IMG/VR virus record: IMGVR_UViG_2648501400_000015
Direction: 5' to 3' (one strand)
DNA: 6,501 bases
From: a virus
Taxonomy: Duplodnaviria > Heunggongvirae > Uroviricota > Caudoviricetes
Below, in pieces: positions 5,817-6,501 of this stretch; position 1 is the first letter of the stretch; every line of letters begins with the position of its first letter. Under the pieces are notes generated by a model. The model ran no database searches. It was not told where the DNA came from and saw nothing but the letters and a program-made list of their open reading frames with translations. The translations under genes were made by a program, and so were the position numbers.

Positions 5817-6334
5817 CTGGTAATTGCTATATATCCAGTCAAAAAACCTAAGGCTTTTTGCAATCTTTTACGAATTGTTCCATCTGAACATCCTTGTTGC
5901 TTTGCAATAGCACGAAGAGATAAACCAATCACGAAATGAGCAACAATTAACTCATATTCTTGTTGCTTATATCTTTCTAACCTAAGGATACTAATGTCAA
6001 TAATTCGCCCTTCATCATTGCTGCACTGACGACGTGATTTTTTACCATGAGGAACAACATTTTTATATTTATCAGCTATTTCCTGCCAATCAATAGAACT
6101 ATTACCAGCCACAACCCAAGCCCCCCAATCGTCTAAAATCTCACATATATCAACATTACTATCCATCTGTTTTTTATTTTCTATTTTGAAATAACCAAGC
6201 AGCATTCTAGCCATTGTTGTTATTTCTATACTTGTAACTGACTCATAAGCATGAGGAGAAACAATTCTCTCATCACTTAATGCCCAATCACTAAGGTTTG
6301 CTATTTCCAACAATCGTTCTTTAGTTATTCCCAT
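5813..6334 (-). CDS. hypothetical regulator with C-terminal sigma-70 region-4-like HTH (173 aa)
   Basis: ATG at 6334 preceded by SD GGAG with 6-nt spacing; the ORF track start at 6346 is GTG. C-terminal ELIVAHFVIGLSLRAIAKQQGCSDGTIRKRLQKAL matches the region-4/LuxR-type HTH pattern. AT-rich like the operon; convergent with gene 3 and overlapping it at the stop codons. Confidence 0.65.
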   Translation of the reverse strand: MGITKERLLEIANLSDWALSDERIVSPHAYESVTSIEITTMARMLLGYFKIENKKQMDSNVDICEILDDWGAWVVAGNSSIDWQEIADKYKNVVPHGKKSRRQCSNDEGRIIDISILRLERYKQQEYELIVAHFVIGLSLRAIAKQQGCSDGTIRKRLQKALGFLTGYIAITS

Positions 6335-6346
6335 TATTATCTCCAC

Positions 6347-6362
6347 CGCCCTTTCGGGCGGC
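6347..6362. other. GC-rich hairpin immediately upstream of the regulator gene RBS
   Basis: CCGCCC-TTTC-GGGCGG (perfect 6-bp GC stem, 4-nt loop) in an otherwise AT-rich stretch. No clear U-tract on either strand, so role is unclear (attenuator, processing site or island boundary). Confidence 0.3.
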
Positions 6363-6501
6363 CTCCTGATGATTTGAGGGTGCAGGAATCCCTCCGGTTA
6401 AGGATTTAATAAAAATCGTTTCTGATTTAAATCTTCAGTATTTAGTTGTTAGTCGGTTTATAGCCTTTATGCTTCGGCCTTATTTCTCAGCCATACACAA
6501 A

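Noticed and set aside
1-6501. CRISPR array, IS element/transposase, integrase
   Set aside because: No spaced direct-repeat array, no terminal inverted repeats flanking a transposase-like ORF, and no recombinase-like ORF were found in this window.

Overview
This window looks like the Q-proximal (nin/late-regulatory) segment of an enterobacterial lambdoid prophage, with an AT-rich cargo island that is the best candidate for an undescribed system. The phage backbone reads right-to-left on the minus strand: complete hok-type type I toxin locus, small protein, DUF968-like protein with HNH-type motif, RusA resolvase, Q-like antiterminator, PR'-like promoter with short-transcript terminator, tRNA-Ile(CAU), strong terminator. 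From memory the order resembles Qin of E. coli K-12 (quuQ-ydfU-rem-hokD-relE-relB), but the relBE position is occupied by the island (~3530-6350). The island is ~30-35% G+C by hand count against ~52% in the phage genes. It carries a translationally coupled three-gene plus-strand operon (363, 142 and 213 aa, no recognised homologues; the third has a PD-(D/E)xK-like motif) and a convergent gene for a protein with a sigma-70 region-4-like HTH. I propose it as a candidate prophage-borne defence/abortive-infection or toxin module. All calls rest on reading the sequence and on recalled family features; no database search was run.
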